NCBI RefSeq assembly: GCF_018977255.1
Contig: NW_024704744.1
Location: 51,398,001-51,462,000 of the forward strand
Direction of reading: 5' to 3'
From: Callorhinchus milii
Taxonomy: Eukaryota
Length of the DNA: 64,000 bases
Within the stretch, counting starts at the first letter, position 1. Each line of letters opens with the position of its first letter. A program made the position numbers and the translations under genes. Shown piece by piece: positions 63,125 through 64,000 of the stretch. The notes under the pieces were generated by a model. That model had not been told where the DNA came from. It saw nothing but the letters and a program-made list of their open reading frames with translations, and did not search any database.

Positions 63125-64000
63125 GGCTGACATTCCAGTTCTGTTCTGGGGAATGCTGCGTTGTTAGAGGTGTCGTCCTTCAGATGAGACATTAAACTGA
63201 GATCTCATCTGTCTTTTCAGGTGGACGTTAAAGATCCCATGGCACTATTCAAAAAGAGAAGGGAGTTTTACCTGGCCAACAATTTCCCAAATAAAATTGT
63301 TCATTCGTTTGTGGGACATTGCTGTGCCATATTTGCCTATGAATTGCTGTTACCATATTTGCCTATGAATACACAGTCACTTTGCATGTGTTGTGAAGTG
63401 TTTTGAGACATTCTCCTATTGTGAAAGGCATTGTGCCAAATGCAAGGATTATTCTAGGGATGTTATTATTGTTGTCAATTAAAGTCAGTGAGGGCAATTA
63501 ATCCACAGCATATGCCATGCTTTTCTTATTATCAGTACTTTTCTGAATTTCTATTGAGAAAACATTGAAATGAAAAAGTCATAGAAAACCCATGGCGCAG
63601 TATAAATTCTTATAATTGTCTCAACCTTAAATAAGTTTGGTATCACCTTCAACATTTTGGATACGTTTATTTTAATGGCTTCAAGCGTTATATCGGGATT
63701 TTGAACTCATAGACTAGTTTGATATTCCAATGCAGTTCTGGGGTAATGCTGCATTGTCACAGGTACTCAACTGATAAATCGATGTCCTGTCTGCCTGTTC
63801 AGGTGAATGTTAAAAATCACAAGGCACTTTTTAAAAAGAGAAGGGAGTTTGTCATGGGGTCCTGGCCAACAATCCCCAGATAAAATTGGTCATTCATTTC
63901 ATCGCTTTTTGTGGGACATTGTTATGCATATATTGGTTGCAGGAATTACCTACAAATACAAAAGAGCGGTACTTTACGGTTAATCCTGTGAATCCTTTGA
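63125..64000 (+). mobile_element. Two tandem Deu-domain SINE copies (about 63125-63453 and 63660-64000)
   Basis: Core ttcaggtg(g/a)a(c/t)gttaaa present twice. Confidence 0.65.

Overview
Eukaryotic (vertebrate) genomic DNA, not prokaryotic. The repeat content (tRNA-Ala-derived SINEs with L2-type tails, Deu-domain SINEs, L2, CR1 and RTE LINE fragments) suggests a cartilaginous fish, possibly a holocephalan; this is an inference. Two genes lie head-to-head. SNX3 (minus strand) is complete, with 4 coding exons spanning 10854 to 241 (489 nt, 162 aa). AFG1L/LACE1 (plus strand, mitochondrial AFG1/ZapE-family ATPase) has exons 1-8 and 10 visible. Exon 9 is probably hidden in the N gap at 59453-59656 and the remaining exons lie beyond the window. 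Most long ORFs in the supplied track are LINE/SINE remnants or low-complexity artefacts. I found no convincing wholly new protein-coding system. The most interesting signals are: a ~1.5 kb G-rich minisatellite directly upstream of the AFG1L start; several perfect fold-back palindromes at repeat junctions, one amplified into a perfect 17-bp hairpin array; a ~200-nt hairpin element with decayed hammerhead-like motifs; an unclassified three-copy dispersed repeat; and inverted SINEs bracketing a stop-free, in-frame three-exon AFG1L block (circRNA candidate). Exon and palindrome coordinates were counted base by base; repeat boundaries are approximate.
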